Shown piece after piece: positions 16,996 to 25,449 of a stretch of 64,000 bases of DNA. Every line of letters starts with the position of its first letter. The stretch's first letter is position 1. The notes beneath the pieces are model-generated. The model was not told where the DNA came from. It searched no databases and saw only the letters and a list, made by a program, of their open reading frames with translations. Source of the stretch: an uncultured bacterium. Its GTDB lineage: Bacteria; Oederibacteriota; Oederibacteriia; Oederibacteriales; Oederibacteriaceae. Both the position numbers and the translations under genes were made by a program. The stretch covers positions 2,528,001 through 2,592,000 of the forward strand of contig OZ218778.1 of assembly GCA_965112635.1 (NCBI GenBank), read 5' to 3'.

Positions 16996-17751
16996 ATGAA
17001 GGCAGCATTGCGTCAATTGAAAATAGAGGAATCTTTCAAGCAGACGGAGTTTATCGATTCTGAGACCCTGTGCAAGAAGTTCCAAGCCTCAGAATCGACC
17101 ATCCGCAGGGACCTTTCTGAACTGGAAAAAAAGGGGCTTATCCGGAGGGTCCATGGCGGTGCTTTGTCGCTTCACCTGCAGGATGACCATATGGATTTCG
17201 CCTATAGGAGCGCCCAGTCCTCCCAGGAAAAGCGCCGCATCGGCCAGGCAGCCGCGACTTTGGTCAAGGAAGGCACGACCATCATCTTGGACGGCGGTTC
17301 CACGGTGGCCGAGGTGGCCCGTCACCTGAATGGCAGGACGCTGCAGGTCATCACCAACTCCATTCCCATTGCCGAGATCTTCCACGACTCGCAAACCGTG
17401 GATGTTTCCCTGACCGGCGGATATCTCTATCCCCGTTCGGGCGTCCTGATGGGCCATTTTTGCGAGCAGATCCTGTCCATGATCAAAGCCAACACGGTCA
17501 TTATGGGAATCGGAGGGATCAGCGAGAACGGGTTGAGCAACTCCAACTCGCTTATCGTGGGACAGGAAAAGAAAATGATCGAAGTCTCCAACCGGGTCAT
17601 CATCGTGGCCGACCATACCAAGTTCGGCCACGACTCCACGATCTTTTTGGCTCCCCTGGAAAGGGCCAACGTCGTGGTCACGGATACCCTGGTGGACCCA
17701 AAATACGTCACCCTGCTGAAATCCCGCGGGGTCAATGTCTTAGTGGTGTAA
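16996..17751 (+). CDS. DeoR/GlpR family transcriptional regulator
   Basis: HTH SESTIRRDLSELEKKGLIRRVHGGA; LDGGSTV, VITNS and VADHTKFG. Confidence 0.95.
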   Translation: MKAALRQLKIEESFKQTEFIDSETLCKKFQASESTIRRDLSELEKKGLIRRVHGGALSLHLQDDHMDFAYRSAQSSQEKRRIGQAAATLVKEGTTIILDGGSTVAEVARHLNGRTLQVITNSIPIAEIFHDSQTVDVSLTGGYLYPRSGVLMGHFCEQILSMIKANTVIMGIGGISENGLSNSNSLIVGQEKKMIEVSNRVIIVADHTKFGHDSTIFLAPLERANVVVTDTLVDPKYVTLLKSRGVNVLVV

Positions 17752-17760
17752 AGGAAGGTC

Positions 17761-19056
17761 ATGGCTGATTTCATCCAGGATAACGGGGTTGTCGGAGCCG
17801 GAGGAGCCGGGTTTCCCACAGCGGTCAAACTGCAGGCCAAGGTCTCCACTTTTATCGTCAACGCGGCTGAGTGCGAACCCCTGTTGCACAAGGACAAGGA
17901 ACTTCTGGCCAACTATCCCGATGAATTTTTCAAGGGATTGGAAACCGCCATGTCCCGCACCGGCGCCGACCAGGCTGTCATCGGGATCAAGAACAAATAC
18001 CACGCACTCATTGACTCCCTGCAGGGTAGTTTGCCCAGGTCGGTAAAAATCCACCCGCTGGACGACATTTACCCTGCCGGAGATGAGTTTATTCTTGTTT
18101 ATGACATCACGGGCAAGATCATCCCCCCAGGCGGCCTGCCTTTGCAGGTGGGCTGCGTGGTCAACAATGTCGAGACTCTGGTCAACATTGGCCTGGCTAG
18201 GCCTGTGATTTCCAAGTTCGTGACGATAGCCGGCGCTGTTAAAGATCCTTGCACCCTCAATGTCCCCCTGGGCACACCCATTAGCCAGCTGATCTCAGCT
18301 GCCGGAGGTGTCACCAGCTCCGAATACGGCGTTCTGGTAGGCGGGGTCATGATGGGCCGCCTGCTGACCGACCCCCATGAACCGGTGACCAAAACAACGG
18401 GCGGAGTGCTGGTTTTCCCTGCTGACCATATTTTGCTGAAACGTTATGGCCGGACGCAAAAAATGATTGACCGCATCGGTCGTTCTGCTTGTGACCAATG
18501 CAGCATGTGCACTGAAAAATGCCCCCGTTACCTGCTGGGCCACCCCATAGAACCGCATAAAGCCATGCGGGCCTTGGGTTTTGCTCCTGAAAAGGACAGG
18601 ATGATCATGGGCACACTGTATTGCTGTGAATGCAACCTTTGTTCCTTTGTATCCTGCCCTGAGGACCTGGATCCCCGTTCGGTCTGCGCTCAGGCCAAGA
18701 CCAAAGCCAGGGAAAAGAACCTTAAATGGGCCGGTTCCCCACAAGACATACAAAGTCATACCATGCTTCCCTATCGCCGCACTCCTACCAGGATTTTGTT
18801 CCAAAAACTGGATTTGAACGGTTTCACGAACAAGGCACCTCTGCAAAAGCAAAAATTGAGCGTTTCCAAAGTCGTCTTGCCTTTACGCCAGCATGTCGGG
18901 GTGGCTTGCGAACCAGTCGTGAAAATTGGTCAAGCGGTCAGGGAGGGTGAGCTCATTGCCAAGGTTCCTGAGGGAAAATTGGGCGCTCCACTGCATGCCA
19001 GTATTAGCGGAACAATCAAGGAAATAACGGGCACGATCACTATCGAGGCGAATTAA
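17761..19056 (+). CDS. pduS: PduS-like (RnfC-family) flavin/Fe-S oxidoreductase
   Basis: GVVGAGGAGFPT, NAAECEPLL, YPAGDE and GGVMMG; two ferredoxin motifs (CDQCSMCTEKCP, CCECNLCSFVSCP); C-terminal HASISG; lies directly before pduT. Confidence 0.88.
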   Translation: MADFIQDNGVVGAGGAGFPTAVKLQAKVSTFIVNAAECEPLLHKDKELLANYPDEFFKGLETAMSRTGADQAVIGIKNKYHALIDSLQGSLPRSVKIHPLDDIYPAGDEFILVYDITGKIIPPGGLPLQVGCVVNNVETLVNIGLARPVISKFVTIAGAVKDPCTLNVPLGTPISQLISAAGGVTSSEYGVLVGGVMMGRLLTDPHEPVTKTTGGVLVFPADHILLKRYGRTQKMIDRIGRSACDQCSMCTEKCPRYLLGHPIEPHKAMRALGFAPEKDRMIMGTLYCCECNLCSFVSCPEDLDPRSVCAQAKTKAREKNLKWAGSPQDIQSHTMLPYRRTPTRILFQKLDLNGFTNKAPLQKQKLSVSKVVLPLRQHVGVACEPVVKIGQAVREGELIAKVPEGKLGAPLHASISGTIKEITGTITIEAN

Positions 19057-19070
19057 AAGGAGGTTTAGCT

Positions 19071-19631
19071 ATGCCGGAGATCAACACCATCGGGATCGTC
19101 GAACTGACCAGTATCAGCCTGGGTTACCAGGTCCAGGACGCCATGCTCAAAACCGCCGCGGTCAGCCTGATCCTGGCCCGCTCTGTTTGCCCGGGCAAAT
19201 ACCTGATCGCCATCACCGGTGATGTTTCCTCGGTCAAGGCCAGCGTGGCCACTGGCGTGGCTATGGGCGCTGGAGCCGTGGTGGAGCAGGGCGTCATCGC
19301 CAACATTCACCCTTCGATCTTTCCGGCCCTGGCCCAGTCCGTGGAGGTCCCTCCTGAAGGAACTGGAGCTATGGGTGTCGTGGAAACATTTTCAGCTGCC
19401 AGCCTCATCGTGGCAGCGGATGCCGCGGCTAAAACAGCCGAGGTGACCATGTTACGGGTTTATTTGGCCATGGCTATCGGCGGGAAAGCATACTGTTTGA
19501 TGACCGGGAAGCTGGGCGATGTCGAAGCGGCCGTGGAAGCCGCGGCCCAATCAGCGGGCGAAAGCGGCATGCTGGTCAGCAAGGTAGTCATCCCCGCTCC
19601 TCACCGGGACCTTTTCAAAGAATACATTTAA
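19071..19631 (+). CDS. pduT: PduT-like tandem-domain BMC shell protein (BMC-T)
   Basis: Two BMC domains; VCPGKY keeps the Cys that ligates the pore Fe-S cluster in PduT; AIGGKAY in domain 2. Confidence 0.9.
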   Translation: MPEINTIGIVELTSISLGYQVQDAMLKTAAVSLILARSVCPGKYLIAITGDVSSVKASVATGVAMGAGAVVEQGVIANIHPSIFPALAQSVEVPPEGTGAMGVVETFSAASLIVAADAAAKTAEVTMLRVYLAMAIGGKAYCLMTGKLGDVEAAVEAAAQSAGESGMLVSKVVIPAPHRDLFKEYI

Positions 19632-19677
19632 TTCACTGCCGCCAATTTTAATCCTTGCACGATAATATTCCCGTCAT

Positions 19678-19706
19678 TTGAAACCCCATAGCCTTGCTGC
19701 TACAAT
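19678..19706 (+). promoter_or_regulatory. Sigma70-type promoter of the DUF4091 gene
   Basis: TTGAAA, 17-bp spacer, TACAAT with a TG extension. Confidence 0.6.
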
Positions 19707-19754
19707 TATTTTGTTTTCCAATACAAGCTTGGTTGCGGCCTAAAGGAGATTGTT

Positions 19755-21443
19755 GTGATAGCACTCTGGCCAGTGGATAGTCTTACCAAAGTTTTCCAGG
19801 ATGACCCAGTCCCGCGCTATAGGGAGAGAGCCATCGATCTTTTTGTGGCCAGGGGTGCCGTGGAATCAGCCCAGTGCGCATTCCAATCCGACAAGGACTT
19901 GACCGGATTTGAGGTCATGATCGACCCACCCCGGCTCCGCTCCAACCGCAAGCTCTGTCTTGGGGATATTAAATGGCGCCGGGTGGAATATGTGCCGGTG
20001 CGCCGGCCTTCCTGGTATCTGGACCCAACACAGCGGCTCCGGAACACCGCGGGTTTTTTCCCTGACCCACTAATAAACCCGGAAAATTTTCCCAAATTTT
20101 ACAGCCCTCCAGCCGCTCATCCGGGCCTTTTGCCTCTAGTCACAGGGCACTCCACTATCCCCCTCTGGCTCACCCTGTCCATTCCGGAAAAAGCTGTGCC
20201 TGGCCTTTACACGGGTTCCCTGACCATCAAAACGCCCCAAAGTTCCCGGAGCATTAAATTGAACGTGGAAGTCTCTCCGGCCATTTGCCCCCAGGAGCGG
20301 ACCCTAAAACTGACCCATTGGTTCAGCCCCCAGAACATCGCTAAAGCCGGAAAAGTAAAACTCTGGAGCCCTCAGCACTGGAAATTGTTATCGCACTGGG
20401 GCCGCGACCTGGCCCTGCACCGCGCCAATGTTATCTTTACTCCCTTGTCCGACCTTCTTCACCTCACCAAAAAAGGAAACAGGCTCCGTATCGACTTCTC
20501 GCGGTTTGATAAGTGGGTCAGAACTTTCCAGCAGGCAGGCGCCATAGGGTATATTGAAGGCACTCATCTGGCCAGCCGCATCAACAATTGGCAAAGCCAA
20601 TACGGCTTGAATCCCTTTATCATTCATAAGGAGGGTGGAAAGACCGAGAACCTCAATAAATGTCCGGCCCAAAATCCCCGCTGCCGCGCCTTTCTGAAAG
20701 ATTTCTTGGCCCAGCTCAGCGCTCATCTTAGGGAAAAAAACTGGGATTCTTTTTATTATCAGCATGTGGCCGATGAGCCCATCCCGGAAAACACCGCTTC
20801 CTACCGCGCACTCACGGATATGGTCAGGGAATTCGCGCCTGGCCTGCCCATTCTGGACGCCCTGCTGGGCTCCGAGGCACTGGCCGGGACCGTCAATATC
20901 TGGTGCCCCCAGTCCCAGGAAGCGGAAAAGCATCTGGAATTTTTCCACTCACGCCAGGCTCTGGGCGAGGAAATATGGCATTACACCTGCTGCTCCCCCA
21001 GTCAGAAATTCCCTAACCGTTTCCTCAACCAGCCGCTCCTCGGCACCCGTCTCCTGCACTGGTTCAATCACAAAGCGGGGCTGACCGGTTATTTGCACTG
21101 GGGCTTTAACTTTTGGGTATCCGGAGGTTTTCCCGATGCCAACCCCTTTACCGACACCGAGACCACGGAAACTTACGGGACCACCCGGCTCCCGGCAGGC
21201 GACAGCCACCTGGTCTATCCCGACCCGGACGGCAAACCGTTGGACTCCATTCGGCATGAGATGGTGCTGGAGGGAGTGCAGGATTACGAACTATTGCAGG
21301 TGCTCAGCCGCAACGACCCGGACAAAGCCATGCGTTTGGCTAAGGCAGTTCTGCCTACCTTGGTAGAATACGAAAAAAAGCCTGCGGTTTTCAGGAAAAT
21401 CAGGGCCGAACTTCTGGCAGGGGTTGCCCGGGCCCAGGGATGA
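19755..21443 (+). CDS. DUF4091 / GH123-like glycoside hydrolase
   Basis: FPDPL, HVADEP acidic pair, WHYTCCSP..FPN, GYLHWGFNFW, GDSHLVYP and SIRHE...EGVQDYE; no signal peptide. Confidence 0.8.
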   Translation: MIALWPVDSLTKVFQDDPVPRYRERAIDLFVARGAVESAQCAFQSDKDLTGFEVMIDPPRLRSNRKLCLGDIKWRRVEYVPVRRPSWYLDPTQRLRNTAGFFPDPLINPENFPKFYSPPAAHPGLLPLVTGHSTIPLWLTLSIPEKAVPGLYTGSLTIKTPQSSRSIKLNVEVSPAICPQERTLKLTHWFSPQNIAKAGKVKLWSPQHWKLLSHWGRDLALHRANVIFTPLSDLLHLTKKGNRLRIDFSRFDKWVRTFQQAGAIGYIEGTHLASRINNWQSQYGLNPFIIHKEGGKTENLNKCPAQNPRCRAFLKDFLAQLSAHLREKNWDSFYYQHVADEPIPENTASYRALTDMVREFAPGLPILDALLGSEALAGTVNIWCPQSQEAEKHLEFFHSRQALGEEIWHYTCCSPSQKFPNRFLNQPLLGTRLLHWFNHKAGLTGYLHWGFNFWVSGGFPDANPFTDTETTETYGTTRLPAGDSHLVYPDPDGKPLDSIRHEMVLEGVQDYELLQVLSRNDPDKAMRLAKAVLPTLVEYEKKPAVFRKIRAELLAGVARAQG

Positions 21444-21449
21444 AAAACT

Positions 21450-22673
21450 CTACCTCACCAATTCCGACAATTTACACCCGTCGCGGGGGATAAATTTCCT
21501 CCAATAATCCACTGAAACTTTCATCCTGTCCAAAATATCCGCGTTGATGTCGGCCGTGGCTGAAAAGATCTCCAGGGTCATATAGATCTTTTCGCAGGTC
21601 CGAGGCATACCCTCAACTTGCGGCCCGCGATAGGACTCAGCCAGGGCACTGATAACCCTTTGCGGCTGGACCACGCCGGCCTTGTTGTTCTGCGGGGTAA
21701 AAGCCAGATGATGCGAGGACCTGCCGTCTGTCTGCTGTAGATGGATGATGGGCGAATAGCAGCCCAGCTCGGCCAGCCAGGCATAAAGGTCGCCGTCCTG
21801 TACCTGGGAAAAAAGATAGGGATACTGGTCCATGACTTCTTTAATGCTCCGGATAGCCTTGTCGTCGTTTTTTGCTGACTGCCTGAGAGCCTGCTGGAAA
21901 ATATTTCTGGCCTTCATCGGGCCCAGCCACAACCCCTGGAGGCTTTTTCCTTTCCTCCCTGCTTTCATGGCGGCAAGGATTTGGCTGGAAGTGGGATAAC
22001 AGTATTTCCTTTGGCCGGTCTGATGTCCCGTGTCTATGGCGATGTAAAACTGATGGCCGCCCCGCCTATAAACCTCTCTTAATAATTTTTTGGTGCCTGG
22101 AATGGTCCAGGGTATTTGGTGGGGAGCATACATCTGCTCCACTCCGACCGAGTCCACCCCGTGGTTAGCGCAAAACCCGGCCAAGCTGGCCAGGTTATTA
22201 TAAAGCTCTTCCTCCGCATCTTGGTATCGGACCGGGTCCTGCAGCACAGCTTCGGAAAAGGCATGGCAAAAAAATCCGAGGTCCGCTTTGCACTGGCTGG
22301 CCAGCAGGGCCAATGGCTTGAGCCACTTTTCCAGCATCTTTTTTCTGACCCGCCCGTCGGTATGGGACAAACCCAGGGTGGTATAGGAGCCGTGACCTGA
22401 ATAAAAATTGGCTATTTTAAATCCATGCTTCCGGCAGCTCCTGTTGACTTCCCTGACCCAATCCTTGAGATATCCCTGTTCCATATAAAAAGGGTCGCAT
22501 TCGTTGTCCGCGCTGGCTTCCGCGTAATGGATGCCAAAGCTCTTGATGACTTTGACCCATTCCTCGGGTTTGGTCCAACGCTTGACGGCAAAACAGTTGT
22601 CCACCGCCAGATAGATTTTGGGGTCCACAGGGACAGTATCTTTCTTGGAATAAGTATTGGTTTTGGGTCGCAT
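21450..22673 (-). CDS. Xylose-isomerase-like TIM-barrel sugar-phosphate epimerase/isomerase (resembles the EryC D-erythrulose-1-P 3-epimerase family)
   Basis: DNCFAVKRW N-terminal motif; metal-ligand pattern GVEQM, IDTGH, IHLQQTDG and TLEIF. Confidence 0.7.
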   Translation of the reverse strand: MRPKTNTYSKKDTVPVDPKIYLAVDNCFAVKRWTKPEEWVKVIKSFGIHYAEASADNECDPFYMEQGYLKDWVREVNRSCRKHGFKIANFYSGHGSYTTLGLSHTDGRVRKKMLEKWLKPLALLASQCKADLGFFCHAFSEAVLQDPVRYQDAEEELYNNLASLAGFCANHGVDSVGVEQMYAPHQIPWTIPGTKKLLREVYRRGGHQFYIAIDTGHQTGQRKYCYPTSSQILAAMKAGRKGKSLQGLWLGPMKARNIFQQALRQSAKNDDKAIRSIKEVMDQYPYLFSQVQDGDLYAWLAELGCYSPIIHLQQTDGRSSHHLAFTPQNNKAGVVQPQRVISALAESYRGPQVEGMPRTCEKIYMTLEIFSATADINADILDRMKVSVDYWRKFIPRDGCKLSELVR

Positions 22674-24166
22674 CAGCAGCCTTTGAAGGTATAGGAAGCC
22701 ATTTTTGAGGAGACATCCTTGAACTTGGCAAAGGACTTGTCCCAGGCCGCCCTGTTTTTGGGAAGATATTCCTTGATAGGGAACGATTTCCTGATGAGCT
22801 GTCGCATTTCGGCCACAGAACCGATCTCTCCCAGGGCAATAAACTGCATCCCGATGTTGCCCAGAGCCGTGGCTTCTTGCGGCCCGGCCAGGACACGGCA
22901 GCCGCTGGCCTCTGCGGTCATCCGGCAGAGCAGGGTGTTCTGGGAACCGCCCCCAAAAACATGGATGGTGCGGACGTTTCCGTGCATCAGTTCGTTGAGC
23001 TGTTCATACACCAGTCGGTATTTGAGGGCCAGGCTTTCGAAGACGCACCGGGCCGTCGGCCCCACGCCGCTCGGCACCTTTTGTCCGGACCTCCTGCAAT
23101 ACTCAGCGACGGCCACGGTCATGTCCTGCGGCGCCAGAAACAGGGGATGGTCAGGTTCTATCAAAGATTCGGACATGGGTTGTTTTTCAGCCTCCTGGCA
23201 GATCTCCGGAAAGGTCAATTTCATCCCCTTTTTGGCCCAGAGACGCTGGCACTCCTGGATGAGCCAGAGGCCCATGATGTTCTTAAGATACCGGTAGGTG
23301 GCATTGACGCCCAGCTCGTGGCTGAAGTTGTTCTCCCGGCTAAAATCGGTCAGGATGGGTTTGGAGAGCTCCAGCCCCATCAAGGACCAGGTACCCGAAC
23401 TGATGTAGCACCAATCATCCTTGGTCTCGGCCGGGGTCGCGGCCACAGCCGCGGCCGTGTCATGGCAGGCCGGAAAGATGACCGGGCACTGCACGCCCGT
23501 ATCTCGACTGACCCTCTGGGAAAACTTACCCACCTTGGTCCCTGGTTCCACGATTGCGGGGAGCAATGACTTTTTTAGGCCAAGGGTTTTCAGGATAACC
23601 GCTGACCATTCCCTGGTCTTGGCGTCCAGGAGCTGGCTGGTGCTGGCATTGGTGCGGTCGGCTGCTTTGGCGCCCGTAAGAAAATAGGTCAGTAGTTCGG
23701 GGATCATCAACAGCTTGTCTGCCTTGTCGATGACCCTGGGCTTGCGCGCCATCTCGGCGGTAAGCTGGAAAATGGTGTTAAAGGGCAAAAATTGGATGCC
23801 CGTGAGGCTATAGAGGGTCTTCCAAGACATTTTTTTGAAATACTGTTTGCCGGCATTCTGGTTGCGTTTGTCCCGGTAACCGAATGGCAGGTTGAGCAGG
23901 TCGCCGTCCTTGGTCAGCAGGCCGTAATCCACGCCCCAGGTATCCATGCCGAAGGAGCCGATGGCTTTGCTGTGCTTTTTGGAGGCCAGAATTCCGTTCT
24001 TGATCTCGGCCAGGATGGCTGGTATATCCCAATGCAAGTGTCCGGCCAGGTCGTGCATGCCGTTGGGAAAGCGGTGTATCTCTTTGAGTCCCAAGCGATC
24101 CTTTTTCAAAGACCCCAGGATAATCCGGCCTCCGGAAGCGCCGATATCAGCCGCCAGAACGTCCAA
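22673..24166 (-). CDS. rhaB: Rhamnulokinase (FGGY family)
   Basis: DIGASGGR, DTWGVDYGLL, TGIQFLPFNTIFQL, CHDTA, ISSGTWSLMG, KNIMGLWLIQEC and GGGSQN. Confidence 0.92.
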   Translation of the reverse strand: MDVLAADIGASGGRIILGSLKKDRLGLKEIHRFPNGMHDLAGHLHWDIPAILAEIKNGILASKKHSKAIGSFGMDTWGVDYGLLTKDGDLLNLPFGYRDKRNQNAGKQYFKKMSWKTLYSLTGIQFLPFNTIFQLTAEMARKPRVIDKADKLLMIPELLTYFLTGAKAADRTNASTSQLLDAKTREWSAVILKTLGLKKSLLPAIVEPGTKVGKFSQRVSRDTGVQCPVIFPACHDTAAAVAATPAETKDDWCYISSGTWSLMGLELSKPILTDFSRENNFSHELGVNATYRYLKNIMGLWLIQECQRLWAKKGMKLTFPEICQEAEKQPMSESLIEPDHPLFLAPQDMTVAVAEYCRRSGQKVPSGVGPTARCVFESLALKYRLVYEQLNELMHGNVRTIHVFGGGSQNTLLCRMTAEASGCRVLAGPQEATALGNIGMQFIALGEIGSVAEMRQLIRKSFPIKEYLPKNRAAWDKSFAKFKDVSSKMASYTFKGC

Positions 24167-24168
24167 GG

Positions 24169-25353
24169 CTAGTGTCCTTTTTTGTAGGCCATCAGCGGCT
24201 CAGCGGGCAGACCGGCTGACCGGCGGATCTCCTGCAACAGCGGCCTGACATCCGCCAGGAACGCCGACCGCACCAAACGGTCCGCCAAACCGACCTGGCA
24301 GTTATGCTGGTATTTCCTCAGCTGGCTGAAATCTACCAGAAGGGCCTTGAGATAGGCGGTCTCGATGTTCTCCATGGATTCTAATATCTCTTCAGTGGCA
24401 TCCTTGATGCAATGGCTCTGGTCGATCATGAACGCCAGGTCGCGGATCCTGCCCAGTCCCCTGTCCTCCGCCTCGACCAGGGCGCAAAAAATACGGAACA
24501 ACTGCATGGGATCAATGCTGCCCGTGGCCAGGTCGTCGTCCGCGAACTTCTTGTCGTTGAAATGGAACCCGCCCAGTTTGCCTTCCCACATCAGGTTGGC
24601 CACGATCTGTTCGATGTTGGTCCCCAGGGGGTGGTGGCCCAGGTCGACGAGCACCTTGGCGTTTTTGCCCAGCATTTCGGTCAATTTGAGCGAGCGGCCC
24701 CAGTCCGGGATGGCCGTGGCGTAAAAACCGGGCTCAAAAAATTTGTATTCCACCAGCATGACCTCGCTGGGACGCATGGCTTTATAGATGGTCTTCAAAG
24801 AATATTCCAGCCGTTCCATTTGTTCATAAAGGCTCATCTGGCCCGGCGAATTGGTGCCGTCCGGCACCCACACGGATAGGTTCTTGCTTCCCAAGGTCCG
24901 CATGATGCCCAGGCAGTCCATATTGTGTTCAATGGAGGCTTTTTGCACGTCCGCACAAGGCGAGGTAAAACTGCCAAACCGGAGACGGTGGTCCAGAGCG
25001 GTCCCCGGCCTCATGTTGAACATGTTGGAATTGACAGCTCCAGCCTTTAATCCTGCCTCTTTGAGCCACCCTTTAATATTTTCAACGTCCCGCATGGAAT
25101 TGCCGTCCCAGGGAAAATGCAGGGCCATGGTCTTGCCCTGCCCGGTCAAACGGTGCACTAGGCCGCCGGCTTTGATCCTGTCCTCCGTGGTCACCAGGTC
25201 ATCCGGCCCTTTATAAACCTCAAAGCGCGTGCCGCCCCTGCCAAAACCCCAGGAAGGAATTTCTATAAGAAGATTATGATAGCGACTCTTCACCCTTTGG
25301 ATCTTTTGCTTGGTGAACTCCCCTACCAGGTTTTGCATACTGCTGGATGGCAT
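24169..25353 (-). CDS. rhaI: L-rhamnose isomerase, RhaI type
   Basis: PSWGFGRGGTRF, ALHFPWD, EYKFFEP..Y.T.IPDWG, DLGHH..TNIEQIV, GFHFNDKKFADDDL and DQSH. Confidence 0.9.
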   Translation of the reverse strand: MPSSSMQNLVGEFTKQKIQRVKSRYHNLLIEIPSWGFGRGGTRFEVYKGPDDLVTTEDRIKAGGLVHRLTGQGKTMALHFPWDGNSMRDVENIKGWLKEAGLKAGAVNSNMFNMRPGTALDHRLRFGSFTSPCADVQKASIEHNMDCLGIMRTLGSKNLSVWVPDGTNSPGQMSLYEQMERLEYSLKTIYKAMRPSEVMLVEYKFFEPGFYATAIPDWGRSLKLTEMLGKNAKVLVDLGHHPLGTNIEQIVANLMWEGKLGGFHFNDKKFADDDLATGSIDPMQLFRIFCALVEAEDRGLGRIRDLAFMIDQSHCIKDATEEILESMENIETAYLKALLVDFSQLRKYQHNCQVGLADRLVRSAFLADVRPLLQEIRRSAGLPAEPLMAYKKGH

Positions 25354-25449
25354 AGCGGCTTACCTCCTATGATTATTAATGTTTAGTTGCTTAACAAAGG
25401 CATCATATCAATTCCCTTTTAAAATCACAAGACAACGCAACCGGGCAGG

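Noticed and set aside
17761-19056. RnfC of a membrane Rnf complex
   Set aside because: There are no rnfABDEG neighbours, the sandwich domain is C-terminal as in PduS, and pduT follows directly.
10510-19631. Classifying the BMC as PDU, EUT or GRM because of PduL/PduS/PduT
   Set aside because: No diol dehydratase, ethanolamine ammonia-lyase, glycyl-radical enzyme or activase is present. The signature enzyme is a class II aldolase.
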